From Antedon mediterranea (taxonomy: Eukaryota; Animalia; Echinodermata): DNA of 64,000 nucleotides. The stretch lies in the NCBI RefSeq assembly GCF_964355755.1, contig NC_092670.1, positions 13,812,795 through 13,876,794 on the forward strand, in the 5' to 3' direction. Below are positions 50,902 through 64,000 of the stretch, piece by piece. The notes under the pieces were generated by a model. The model was not told the DNA's origin and made no database searches. It worked only from the letters and a program-made list of their open reading frames with translations. Both the position numbers and the translations under genes were made by a program. How positions within the stretch are numbered: position 1 is the first letter of the stretch; each line of letters begins with the position of its first letter.

Positions 50902-53900
50902 ACTAGATTTCTTTCGGTTGAAAAAACATATTAATCAATATTCATGCCATGTTAATTTTTCTAATTTTAAATTCTGAATTTTAGCCTACTGTTACGGATT
51001 TAATACTATACATTATGCAGATTCCAAGCTTGCATACGCGCTTTGAGCTGCACCTTTGGTGTAAACGTTACTAGGCGTAAATAATAAAAACAATAATAAA
51101 TGGTAACTATATACTACATACCATAACTTCACATTTGATTTTAAATTAGAGGATTACTATTCCATTGGTCAGAATAAAGGGGGCGGGGAAATTGTATTTT
51201 AGATACTAATAGTAATTTGTATTATCAATAAGTTAAGAATGTATATAACAGCTTTTTCCATGCTTATTATTTCCTATGCAACTACAATAGAGGCACCTGT
51301 AGTAACTAACTTACTAAAATGTGAACAAAGTATCCATTTTTAAATTTTCATTTCAAATGGTTCTTGTTTGCAGGAAAACCTGTATATAAAATGAAATATT
51401 CTTTTTAGTAGAATGTTTAAAAAAATAAAAACAAATAGCAAATGATGCACTACTATTTACAACCACCGATTTTAAGATACACAGTGAAATGTACGTTTGT
51501 ATCAATATGAAAATAAATAATACAGTAGTATAGTTTGTAATAATAAAAGTATATACAACTAATAGTTATGATGATATGAACTTGTTCTGAATACCGTATT
51601 AATATATGTTATCCACATAAGTTACGGTTCGGTGATCTGTCGTTTGTAATTGGTAAAATGGCTTGCGTTGCGTATCTTCCTTGCGTTGATTCTCAATACA
51701 GACGCAGTGCAGGGACGTAAGCGCAACGTAAACTTTGACCAGTGACAAGCAACAGTTCAATTCCTCGCTTGGTCAAATGACTTACTAATGTTCTTGCATT
51801 GCGTCTAGTGGGAACGCAACGCAACAAATGCACAACGCAATACGTAAGCACAACACATGCCTACTTTTACAATCAGTCTTGTATATAAATGCAATGAAGT
51901 AAAAATACACCATCATCTTTGAAACAGTCATAATTTTCTCAAGCTCTGTCTACAGTGTCAAACTAGGTTGACAAAAAAAGTATGATGTGCCCAAATATGG
52001 CAGTGATATGCCCGAATATGGTAGTGATATGACATCATGTCTATATAATGTTTGTCTTTTTTTTATGAATTTATTATCTACAAATATTTAATCATAGCGT
52101 GATGTCTCTCCCGCACACGAACCAACGAAGCGGAAATTGTTTATCGATTCTAATGAGTTTAAGTCTGGGAATTCTAAACTCATAACCATATTTATAGCAC
52201 GTGGTACTGCTGAAATACACGCGAGGGTTTAGACGACGTCACTGGGGACGACACGTCATCAATAAATAGACGTGTTTCCACGTTTTGCATTGACAGAACA
52301 TTCGTCTGTATTAGTTATTTCTGGAAGTTGTGTTGTCGTGTGTTTATGATTGAATTCTTTTTTTACTTTGTATCTGATTAACTGTTGACCTCAACTATTG
52401 ACCTCAACTATAATCGAATTAATTTTTATAATATTAATTAGTGAGGTGGGGGACCGGGGGAGGGGTCATTTTGGAATTTAGTATCGGAACTTGTTTTGTT
52501 CTTCATCGACATATTATTATGTACTTAAATTTTAAATTTCAACCAGCGTAGAAAGAGTGCGCTTGTATGTTATCTCACTCACACCAACCACCTTGGATCC
52601 AATATTAGCATTTTTAATGTGTATACTTATAGCAGAGAAGATTATTGCCTGATTATACTTTTGTATAGGACAATAATTCCCAACACTAAAGCGCCGAGTT
52701 GACAATGACAAGCGACAGTTAGAATAACCCATCGCTTGTAATTGGTCAAATTTTACGTTGCGCTTATGTCCTTTCGTTGCGTCCTATTGGAAACCAAGCT
52801 TAACCCAAGCATCACATGTATTTTATTTTAATGTTTAAAATATTCAGCAAAAATCATCATTATATAAATCCCAAGGCAAATTACTGAAAAAAAGGAAATG
52901 CTGTGGGTTCAGAGTTCATAATAAAATAGGCAAAAACTACATAAAAACGATAAAGTAAAACAGCCAGAAATAATGCGCAGAGATTGCGGGCAACACTAGC
53001 CTTTCATCAGTGCTCTTCACCAGTGCACTTCATAATAATATATAAATATAACTCCAAAAGGCACAATTGCCAATACATGACTCACTAATAATCCGCTAAT
53101 ACATTTTATTGTGCCAAGTTTAAATAAAACCACAGATGTACACTATCATAGTGATTCATACTTTTGATTATTCATCTTTCTAATACAATACTTAAACCAT
53201 TTCCTTGAACTATGCCTATAGTTCTTCACAATGTTTTTTTTATCATTTTTTCTTCATTTATATTCACTTATGATTCCTCCTAAAAATAAATTTGTAAACC
53301 ATTTTTTTTTCAAATATCAATTTTAAAGTATCATTTTATTGTGGATCGAAAAAAAATATTTACAAGAAAAAACTGTAATTTAAAGAAAAATTGTAAACCT
53401 TAGATGAATTGTTTTTTTATATTAATATTAGGCCTATGCATTTATTATAATTTATTTATTATTATAATGTAACTGAATAACGTAAATGGAGGATTCATAT
53501 TGCTAAAATTGCAATAGGACAGTATTTCCATTTCAGCACTTCATTTTACAATTCGTGTGGGTTGTTTTAGTCCGTCTCTCAACCATCCCTAAATCCGCGA
53601 CTGAACTTTATTAAAACTAAAAATGGCCTACTAACAAATTGATGATTCATCGTTATATTTGTATATTTTACCATACGCATAAACGTATCAACGTACACAA
53701 ATAGGAAAAATAATGTATATGATTAGAAAACCGACGATGCATTGCAACTTAAAAGGCTAAAAAATGACTGTGCATTAACTATTTAATTTAATTCAATCAC
53801 AAAACATTAATGGCAATCTTTAGTACACACTTTATAGCGCTTGAATGACATCCCCCTTTAAATATAAGTTTTTGGATGCAATGTATAACTGTGACGGAAG

Positions 53901-54011
53901 TGAGATTATTAGCAGGAAATTTCGTCGAATTGCATACGTTGCTGCTATGTTTACCTCCTAACCATTACAACACTATTCCTCCCTGCGACGATACAAGCTA
54001 AACCTCGCAAA

Positions 54012-57000
54012 ATGCGCCTAATACTGGTTTCCTTGGTTACTATTTTAACATGTTCTGTACAAGTTTTGGGATCTACTACAGCTAACGGCTACAAATATGG
54101 TAAGTGAATTATTGTTATTTTTTAGTTATGTTTTCGTTTTTGTGTGCGTTGCATTTCATGTGCACGTAAAAAATAAGTATCCACGCGCACACGTACTGCT
54201 GGGAAAACCAATGCAAATGATTGCAATTTGCTACACAGATTCTGCGGCGAGACAGACACGGCTTAGACGCAACTTAGACCTAAGCTTGGTTCCCACTAGA
54301 ACGTAACGCAAGGACGTAAACGCAACGCAAGCGTTTTAACCAATGACAAGCGAAGTTATATACAGTTAGCAATCACAAGCGAATAAGCCATCGCTTGTGA
54401 TTGGTTAAAACGCTTGCGTTGCGTTTATGTCCTTGCGTTACGTTCTAGTGGGAACCAAGCTTTAGACTTAGTTCCTCCTGTTCTCTAAAGAACATTGGGC
54501 AGCAACATCTGATCTCCATTTCACTCGGTTTAGCGCTTGTATCTTGGCATCCTCCCAATTGAGGCCCATTTTCTCCAGATCTTTTGCCATTGTTCTCTTC
54601 TATGTAGTAGCTGGTCTTCCTGGTTTCCGCTTACCACCGTTTGGTATCCAATCAAGAGAAGTCTTTGGATGTCTGCCCTCTTCCATGCTTAGGGTGTGAC
54701 CTAACAACTTCAGACTGCGTTCCATCACAATGGTGCTGAGTTGCCTCTGGTCTGAGAGGCAACGGTAAACGAAAAAAACCTAAACATTTTTCGAGATAAT
54801 GTACATAAGTAAATAATACATGGTTTATTTGCATTAATCTTCATTTTTTATTTAATGAAAATTTTTACCAGGCCATATGCGAATAACAGTTAAGCTTGGT
54901 TCCCACTTGGACGCAACGTAAGCGAGTTGACCAATGACAAGGGACAGTTAGAATAATCCATCGCTTGTGATTGGTCAAATCCCTTACGTTGCGTTACGTC
55001 GTTGTGTTGCGTCTCTAGTGGGAACCAAGCATTACTATAGAGAAGGATAAAAATAAAGGATCGGCGTTAAAGCTTGGTTCCCACTAGAACGCAACGCAAT
55101 GACGTAACGCAACGCAAAGTGATTTGACCAATCTCAATTAGCGATGGATTATTCGAACAGTCGCGTGTGATTGGTAAACTCGCTTGCGTTGCGTCTACAT
55201 CATTGCGTTGTGTTCTAGTGGGAACCAAGCTTAAAGCGCATTTAGACCGTAAGAAAAATGTACCAATGGATTTTCGCCTTTAAGTGCGTATAATTATATT
55301 TTTATTGTAAATCATATAATTCGCTATGTCTTGCTCATTTTCCCCTTGCCTCACTATGTTTTTACTGAATTATTTGAACAGATTAAATTATTTAGACTGA
55401 AGTAATTTCGTATAACAATTTGAACCGGGTGCAAAATATACGTTCGAATCCCCATTTTTTCTCCAATAAGTTCAATATCAATAATCAGTACGGTACTCAA
55501 TATACTTATTATTGAGATTTTTTAAAGTCTGGATACGTACAAATAAATCCAATCGTTTTGTCATCAATTAAACAATCTTTCCCAGGAGATGGTTATTTAA
55601 ATAGAATTATAAATCGTATTCAAACAGATCAAATAACTGTATCCTGCTGCTGAAAACGGAACAGTTATATTAGGAGTCATCGGCTTATCATCTCACATGT
55701 ACGGTCTCACATTCACTAATTTTATCCCGTTATTCTGGATATACATAGACATAGACAACGTAAGGACGTGGACGCAAGCGAGTTGACCAATAACAAGGGA
55801 CAGTTAGAATAATCCATCGCTTGTGATTGGTCAAATCCTTTACGTTGCGTAGACATAGACTTAGATATACTTTATTGTCACATAATAAATATAAAATATG
55901 AGACTCATCTCATGTCTACAACAGCAGGACCACTAATACTATCGGACTAGAGCTATATCGCGGTACATATTTCGTACGCTGCTGCACACGTACTTATGGT
56001 ACAGGTTATACGCATGGTACATGTTATGCACGCGTGATATGAGTTATGTAAGCATTGCACGTGTTATCTACGCATGTTTCAGGATTAAGCGCGTTTTGTA
56101 CGTATAGTATACGCGTTGTACGGGTTGTGTACGCACGGTATCGTAGATGTGAGTGTGGTAGGCCTACGAGTTGTGCATGAGACAACAGTGTACTGTATCG
56201 GTATGTAGCATTGACTATACGACGCGTACGCGGTACTGGTAATTTATGCGTGGCACTGATTGTTCACGCGTTGTTCTGGTGGTTCACGCTATGGGGTACT
56301 TATTGTGTACGCTTGGAAATGGTTACGTGCACGCGATACTCGCGGAACAGGAATATCTATGTACGTATTTGTCAACATTAAGCCTTTATGGTTTAAATGA
56401 AACATTACTCAACAACTTGAATAAACAAGTTGAAATGAAATTATGTTAAGGAAGAATTTAATCTATATTAGCACAGACGAACAGAAGTAAAAATAAAATA
56501 CAATTTTTCCCGTTTTTCTCACGTATTTCTCAATTATTACAATTTATCTTTTCGCATTTCAATTTCCTGTTATAGAAAATAATTGAATGATTTTCTCTTA
56601 CTATCTTCTTCAGACTACTTTAGGCGGCGACAAGCTAGACAGATGGCCACGTGTAAGTGTTTTAAATGTTGCTTCTTTATTCGACATTAGGTGGCGTGTT
56701 TTATCATCAGTCAATGAAAAAAAATAACTTTAGGAAAAAAAAAATACATTTTTATAAATAATAATTAAAAAGTAATTGTTTGGCCTAGTATTAGAGTAGT
56801 AATTTAAATTGTTAACAAAATGTAACACACACTACATCTTCTTTACGTAGAATCATAATCTGCTTCATCGTTTACCATTATGGACGCATTCTTGTCAATT
56901 CCAAAAAGGTTATCACCTTATTGGTAGTATGTCATATCATCATAATCAAGAAAATTAAAGATAATAGTATTTTCAAGATTATCACGATTGTCAATAATCA

Positions 57001-60000
57001 TCAAACTGTTGTATCATCATTATCAAGCAAAGTAACCATATTTATCATATATTTTATTTATTATCAATCATTAAAACCATTTTTGTCGTCTTAGCTCAAC
57101 CTAGTCCTTCTGCATGTGACCGTTCACCGTGTCTCAATGGTGCTACTTGTGAGTGGATGGATGTACCAATCACTTGCGACTGCGCAGTGGGGTTCACGGG
57201 ACCGGTTTGCGAAATAGGTAAGTTCACCTGTCCCAAACGGTTTCAATCCGGGTAAATTAGTCCCACACTGATCAAAGGACAAGATTAACAAACACTTCTT
57301 TTTTTATCTTTGTCTTTATTTTTATTTTATTTAGATATCGATGAATGTGCATCGTCACCGTGCACAAATAATGGCTATATGTCCCGATGTGTTGACTATA
57401 TCAACGGCTACGAATGCGAGTGCCCGGTTGGTTTTGGTGGAAGCGAATGCTCAGTGGGTAAGATACAGAAATGAAAAATCACTTAGAGACCAAAAGCACC
57501 TGAACAATGTTGTGTATTACCAATGATATTATAGAAACTTAATTGGCATGTTTTACAAGATAGATGCCTAACTATTATTTAAATAACTCTTTCATTTGTT
57601 ATATAACTGAATCAACTTTTTTCAACATATTAAAACTCTTAAAAAATATATATATAAAATATCAGAAATTATAATGTTTTACTCAAATATGAATATGAAG
57701 AAATAAATGTTTATTTGAATTGAATTGAATTGAGGTACCGGTGCAGTTGCTGCGCATGACACGAGCATTCCTATTTATAACTGTAGGCCTATACATTCAA
57801 TTGTTCTGTTGGATGGCACTGACAGGCACGTGTTTCTGAACACGTATTGTTTTAAAATGTGTTTGGCATTAAATGATATTGAATATACTAGAATCAAAAC
57901 AATGGTTCAGCCTTTTTATTTTTATTTTTTTCTAGAGTTAAATGAGTGTGATTCGGATCCCTGTCAGAATAATGGTCACTGTAGAGATCGATTCAACGGT
58001 TTTACATGTTTATGTACTCGTGGTTTTACAGGAACATTATGTGAAATAAGTAATAATTTTTTTAATAATTACATAATTGTTTAATTTTATTACATTTTTT
58101 ATTTCATTTTACCTAATTAAAAAATGTCTTTTATTGTTATTTGAACTACTTGACCTAAGCCGTCCACACCGTCTGGGAGACATGTGATGGCTTCTGTTTC
58201 ATGACTCTTGCCAGATCCTCCTATCTTGTGACATTCTAGTTGCACTCGTTATGGATCCTTGGTTTCTTGATGTGCAGTCTGCCTTTACACAGTCTAAACA
58301 TTTCTTGGCTGGTTTCCCTCGTGGTCTAGTTCCTTGGACAATTGCGCCCAAGATTAGATTTAGATATCTTGTGGAGGGCATCCTATTGACATGTCCAAAA
58401 TACCGGAGCCTCTTTATGGCTATCCTTTCAATTATGGTGTCGTTCAGCCCAAGGGTTTCTCTGATTTTGGTGTTTCTGATCTTGTCAAGTCTGTTATTGT
58501 TATTATATTCTGTTAATGTTTATTTCGTGTTTACTGATTTTTTACAATCTATTGGCCTATCTCGTAATTTTTTATAATGTTTAAATTAGTTTTTTATACT
58601 TTTTTTAACTTTAATTTCGTGTGGAATGTAGGCCTAAAATAATGTCCGTGTTACATATGATATATAATAATAATGCAATGTAAATCAAAATCAAAACGAA
58701 AAGAAATATAGTGTTGGAAATTATAAACGTTTTATTGGATGGTATCACATCGCTTTATTATAGATATCAATGAGTGTCGATCGTTCCCTTGTCAAAACCA
58801 AGGAAGATGCATTGATGGTGTCAACACGTTTACGTGTGAATGCAGATTCGGGTTTAACGGACAATTGTGTGAATCCGGTAAATTAAATACAAAAATATAT
58901 AAAACAGTATGTACATGGCGCGCGGTAAAGCTCGCTGTTTTTAAAATGTAGGTACTAATACATGTTAGATGGCCTTATTTTATGCAGCAACCGTATCATA
59001 GGTAGACGATGTAGTATACGTGTATAGGATGTTAATCACTAATAACACTTCAGCTAGGAAACGCACACCATTCAAAAATGTACCTATCTAAGTGGATAGC
59101 CTACTAGTCTACTTAAATGGAAATCCTGAAATGATAATGAATTAAGTGAAATATTGAGTATTTAAGTGGCGATTGGCGGATAAGGCCATTATCATGATGT
59201 AGGCCTAGTATGTACAGTAGGCCTATGTATCCATTCTGTTCATATATGAATCTGTCCAAATGGCTTTATGTGTGTTCGATCAGAGGGAATACCGTATTGT
59301 TTCTAATAAACGCCCCCTTTTTTCCATATTTGTAATGATTGGCATTAAACGGAAATATTTAGTTCACCCACTAGCCACTGGACTTATTGCTGTTCAAATA
59401 ACTAGCACACGGGATATGACCTAGATATAGCTTGCACATTAACTTGTTTTTCAACAATTAACCAACTTTTTAAGTAATTTAAAGCAGCCTGTTTAGGTAA
59501 TTTTGGGTGTTAAAATTTACCTCCAATAAACTCTAAGATATTAACCGATTCTTTTCATTTTGACAGCGGTACTGCAGGTGTACGGGTGTGTAGCTATGCC
59601 GTGTAGAAACGGAGGTCGATGCATAGATGTACAAGGCGGTTTCCGGTGCGCATGTGCAAGGGGTTTTCACGGACGTACCTGTTCCCAGTATTCAGGTACG
59701 TGTGATTACGATTAAAGAAAAAAAAACATGAAAAATGAAGATTTATTAAATCAGACTTTGAATATGTTATTTTGTAGTTTTAATAAAGTGTATCACTTCC
59801 GTAGAAAAAAAGGAAAGAAATAACATGATAAATGGTTAAATTCAACCAAAAATCCATTGGCTGGCAGCCAATTTGACTATTTTTTGCTTTAAACTCCAAT
59901 ATTTCAGGTAAATGAATTTGTTTTCGGTCCAATTTTTGGTAGAAGTCAATAACTATTATGTGACATAAAATGGCATATTCAACAAAGACAATTTAACTTA

Positions 60001-63000
60001 TTTTTCAGGGGACAATACATCTTTAACGTAATTTAAAAACACATTAATATTATATTTGTGAATACCTAAACATATATAATTTTTACTCAATAATTATATT
60101 AATGTACTTTAATTGTGTGCGCGTAAAAGTATGTCTTTAGGCGAATCGAAATTGGTATTTGCGATGCGAAAAAAAGTGTACCAATTCAGAGCTTAGGAAA
60201 TGATTTCTCATGCATTCATGAGTATTCGTCATTCAAATCAAACAATTCAGCTGGCACGTGATAAAATTGGAATTGAAGATAATATTAGCTCCTTGTTGTA
60301 AAATAATATATAAAGGTCGATTCGCACGAAAACATTCACTTAGGGAAAAATGGATTTAGTTCTGTATAATTTTATACAATGATAATATATACCTATTTAG
60401 CAATTTAATTTTATATCAGAAATAAACAAATATACATAACAATACACAGAACAAAAGAAAAGAGTTCAAAATAGTAATCTAACGAATAGAATACAGTTGT
60501 TATTACCATATTGCATGATTAGAGAGATGTACGGGAGCTTAAAGTGACCATCCGTACTGAATAAGCTAACTAATACAACAATATAATATGATATTTATAT
60601 CAATGCATTTTTTATTCATCATAGTGAGATCACAATGTCATATGTTTCCGTGTATGAACGGTGGAAGGTGCATTGAACAAAGACAAGGATATACGTGTCA
60701 TTGTCATCATGGGTATACTGGATTTAACTGTGAAACGGGTAAGTATAGCCATGGAAACGCCTCAACTAAATAGGTCTAACATATAGCTTACTTAATGAGC
60801 CTAACTTAGCTTACCGATAGATGTTAGAATGAATATGTTACTGAAGTGAAATATTTCTGACAGGAGAAGAGAATTCTGCCAGTAACGAAGAGAATTAAGA
60901 AACATGTGATTCTTGTATTCTCTTAATACGAACATTTAGAAAGTTAATGAAGTCATCTGAATGCGAACTTAAGAAGATAGAGCAATGATGGAAATTAAGA
61001 TGTGTCGTGTAAACAGTCACTATAATAGTGCATTATTTATTTTTAAAGCTACAGGTCTGGTAACAAATGGATGTGCACAGCGTCCATGTAGAAACGGAGG
61101 AAGATGTAATAATTTGGTGAACGGTTTCATCTGCACGTGTCCGTCTGGATTTACTGGCAAAAGATGTGAACGAGGTATGGCCTAGCTTAACAAAGATAGG
61201 TGGATGTAGGTTGACGCCTTTCCTAATCCACTGTGTGGAAAAAAAGAATCTTGTTTTCCAATCAAATTAAATATACACTTGTTGGCTACCCAGATATGAT
61301 TAGGTTACATTACTGAGTTTTTACTGTTTTTGACTTTACTAATTATTTGTTTTTCAGAGATAGGAAAGTGCAGCCACTCAAATTGTTTGAACGGTGGAGT
61401 ATGTGAGAGTGACAGAGAATTTACCTACTGCATATGCCCAGGAGGATACTCCGGTCGGATTTGTCAGTTTCACGAACAAGGTTTGAAATTAAAGATAGTT
61501 TTTACGCTTTAAAATTACGAACTGTGACACATAACTCCCATGCTTGTGAAAGAAACCAAATGTATGCGACGTTACGTTCTGTAAATATGCCTATATCACA
61601 CTATTAACAAAACACAAATATTTTTATCGAGAACTAAACATTGTCCGACTATTAGCGTGATAAGTTTACTGTTACATTTTCTATAATAACGTTTCTAGCC
61701 ATGCAGTTTCCTAACTGAAGACATAATAATTGTAATTACAATTCATTTACAAATAATTGTTCTTAATTCAGATTTTTTAGTTAGATTAGTTGGTGGTGAA
61801 TTGGAAAATGAAGGCCGGGTCGAGGTGTATTACAAAAATAAATGGGGGCCTATTTCAGACGGCGAATGGACATTAGAAGACGCTAGTGCAGTCTGCCATC
61901 ATCTAGGCTATCATTCAGCAACTGACGCTTTCTCACATTCAGAATACGGCAACAGCAATGATCCCGCTCAGATCTGTGAAATGATGTGCACAGGAAACGA
62001 ACACGTCATTCATGATTGTGCACTTGACCAACCTACTGCTGGCGTAGGTTGTAAACACAAAGGGCACGTTGGAGTGATTTGTACTGATCTTCAGTGTAAG
62101 TTTTAAGTCAGTTTATTTCTTCAGACTACTTGCACAGTGGCTGTACATACATGCTTTCTGAAAAAATAATGGCGGCCACTGCGCGCCATAGTTATAATAC
62201 ATGTATAGAAGGTTTGAAAAAAACGTATTTTAAAATTTAATTTAGAATCACCACCAACAAGATATTTCATATACAACAAAAAAAGAAGAACCAATGAGTG
62301 AGTTCTTCACCAGACCTAAAACATTTTGCCAGTATGTTTATCGAAGCGATATTTTTTCCAGCTCCTTGTCCAGTATCATGGCGATCGTTGGGCTCGTCGT
62401 GTTATTACGTAGACCCTAAGCCTCGCACATGGGAAGAAGCAAGGAAAACTTGTCAGAAAACGGGCGCACGTTTGGCTCAAATCGCATCAGAACATGAAAA
62501 TGAGTTTCTTAGAGATTATTTGGAAACCAACCATGGTGGATATTCTGCTGCTTGGATTGGACTGAGTGACGTCACAAAAGAAGGCACTTGGTCGTGGTTA
62601 GGTTTAAAGAACAGCTCATTTTACAGCAAGTTCATTTATTTTATTTTAATATAGAATTACCATAACATCATCATTGTTCAATAATTTCTAGCTGATCTAT
62701 TTCTTATTTCGTCAAGAGTGATCTACATCTTTTCTATTTATTGTGTATTACAATTTTTATTAACATTGCTAGTATAAGTGCTCTGTAGTACTTTGTTAAA
62801 AGAATTCTAAAGTTGTTTTCGTATTCAAAAATGCTGATGATGGTGATGTTGACAAGATGACGCATGTGTAGATGATGTTGATTAAATTGATATTGATAAT
62901 TCAGATGTTGATGAAGAAGATGTTGATGCGTATTTTGTTGATGATGAAGATGATGTTGATTAAGATGATGTTTATTAAGATTATACTGATGAAGATGATG

Positions 63001-63907
63001 CTGATGAAAGTTATGATGCATGATGTTTATGAAGATGATGGTGATGAAAATGATGTTGATGAAAATTATGATATTTATGAAGATGATGTTGATGAAGATG
63101 ATATTGATGGAAATGATATTGATAAAGGTGATGATGGTATATATAGCCAGTCATCTTCATTCACCTTTACCATTTCCAACATTTCATTCACATTTTCCTA
63201 ATTTATTTATAACTCTGAAGAATGGAACATTGGTGAACCAAACAATGGAGGAATGACGTCAATGATACGAACATCTAACTCAGTGATGATGTCAACAACG
63301 AATAATGGTCAAAATTGTGTTGAAATGTTATCAATCAATGGAAAATGGAACGATATTGAATGTTCTCTGAAACGATCGTCTGTTTGTGAAACAGGTCAGT
63401 TTAACAACGTTTTGGCGTTGACGATAATTAAATATTTTGCAGTTAAACGCTGATAGTATGTGTACGTCCTCTTGGTCACATTACGGTTGGTACTATCTAC
63501 ATTAACCCTAGATAGTAATGCAATGTTTACTGAGATTTGTGACTTTTACCAGGATAAGAAGCTAATTTGATTCGAGTCTTTCAGTCGATGTTTGCGTCTT
63601 GTGGCGTCTGCTTTTGTTATGCAAATGAGGTAATCCCAATCTGCCCATGCTCAGAAATTATATCTGAAAATGACTTCTATTTCTGCTTATGTAACTGTAC
63701 TATAATAGTTATAGTAAATATTACTGTATCATCAAATATTTGAAAGCCTTGATATTATTTAATTTATTCATAATATTTTTATTTTCAGTTCAAGAAACAA
63801 TGTCGTCTGTCAAAAAATTGTCTGCCGGTCTTATAGCCGTCATAACAGTGATTGTGATCGTATTCATCGTTGGTGGCGTTGTAACAGCTTGCCTTGTTTT
63901 AACATAA
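54012..63907 (+). CDS. Membrane-anchored EGF(x8)-SRCR-C-type lectin protein (~657 aa)
   Basis: Exons 54012-54099 ([20 protein letters not shown] signal), 56614-56652 (DYFRRRQAR), EGF exons 57095-57217, 57335-57457, 57936-58049, 58764-58877, 59567-59695, 60625-60738, 61049-61174, 61358-61480, SRCR 61772-62095 (VRLVGG..EGRVEV), CTLD 62362-62625 + 63221-63394 (WIGL, EPN, WND), terminal 63789-63907 ([25 protein letters not shown]-stop). 1974 nt in frame; AATAAA at ~63963. Confidence 0.88.
54283..54461. mobile_element. Harbinger-type MITE family A copy inserted in the tail of an RTE LINE
   Basis: Perfect TIR AGCTTGGTTCCCACTAGAACGTAACGCAAGGAC; sits inside a (CTTAGA)n tail. Confidence 0.85.
54462..54745 (-). 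mobile_element. RTE-clade LINE 3' fragment
   Basis: Minus strand [32 protein letters not shown]...[24 protein letters not shown]. Confidence 0.75.
54893..55231. mobile_element. Two adjacent Harbinger-type MITE family A copies (54893-55031, 55071-55231)
   Basis: Each has AGCTTGGTTCCCACT...AGTGGGAACCAAGC TIRs, with TTA and TAA TSDs respectively. Degenerate copies lie at ~39965-40095, 44440-44510, 49843-49948, 51635-51830, 52675-52801 and 55755-55850. Confidence 0.85.
58141..58495 (-). mobile_element. RTE-clade LINE 3' fragment
   Basis: Minus strand [16 protein letters not shown]...[21 protein letters not shown]...QDRRIWQ. Confidence 0.7.
62835..63140. repeat. Degenerate (GAT)n microsatellite in CTLD intron
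   Basis: ~300 bp of GATGAT/GATGTT/GATGAA triplets. Confidence 0.85.
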
Positions 63908-64000
63908 CACGGAGAAAAAACAACCTCATACTCATAAAATTAAAAACCCTAAAATTTAATTAAATAAATAGACCATTAGCGTGGCCTTTAAATAGATGGA

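Noticed and set aside
56851-56925. Additional exon of the EGF-SRCR-CTLD gene after TACGTAG
   Set aside because: A phase-1 join creates an immediate stop.
62734-63256. His-, Met- or Asp-rich ORFs
   Set aside because: Products of an intronic (GAT)n microsatellite.

Overview
AT-rich, intron-containing animal genomic DNA; the gene and repeat content suggest a marine invertebrate deuterostome, probably an echinoderm (inference). There are four plus-strand genes. (1) The 3' exons of a RIG-I-like receptor (RLR) helicase, 1955-3499. (2) A complete 7-exon RLR paralog, 5922-10015, ~819 aa, with a death-effector domain in place of CARDs. (3) A 46-exon, ~1,930-aa type-I membrane protein, 17805-50901: signal peptide, 44 EGF domains (37 consecutive ones carry an unusual 8-Cys pattern), an RRRR furin-site mini-exon, one more EGF and a TM helix. 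(4) A 14-exon, ~657-aa protein, 54012-63907: signal peptide, 8 EGF, SRCR, EPN-type C-type lectin and a hydrophobic C-terminus. Introns and intergenic DNA are dense in mobile elements: a young tail-out inverted Penelope insertion with two hammerhead ribozymes, nested Mutator-like foldbacks, Harbinger-type MITEs, Helitron/Helentron derivatives, a tRNA-SINE and CR1/RTE LINE 3' fragments. The main leads are a possibly inter-domain disulfide-stapled, furin-shed EGF rod, and a tandem RLR pair (DED visible in the complete copy) with diverged RNA-binding C-terminal domains. All gene models were spliced by eye and need RNA-seq confirmation.
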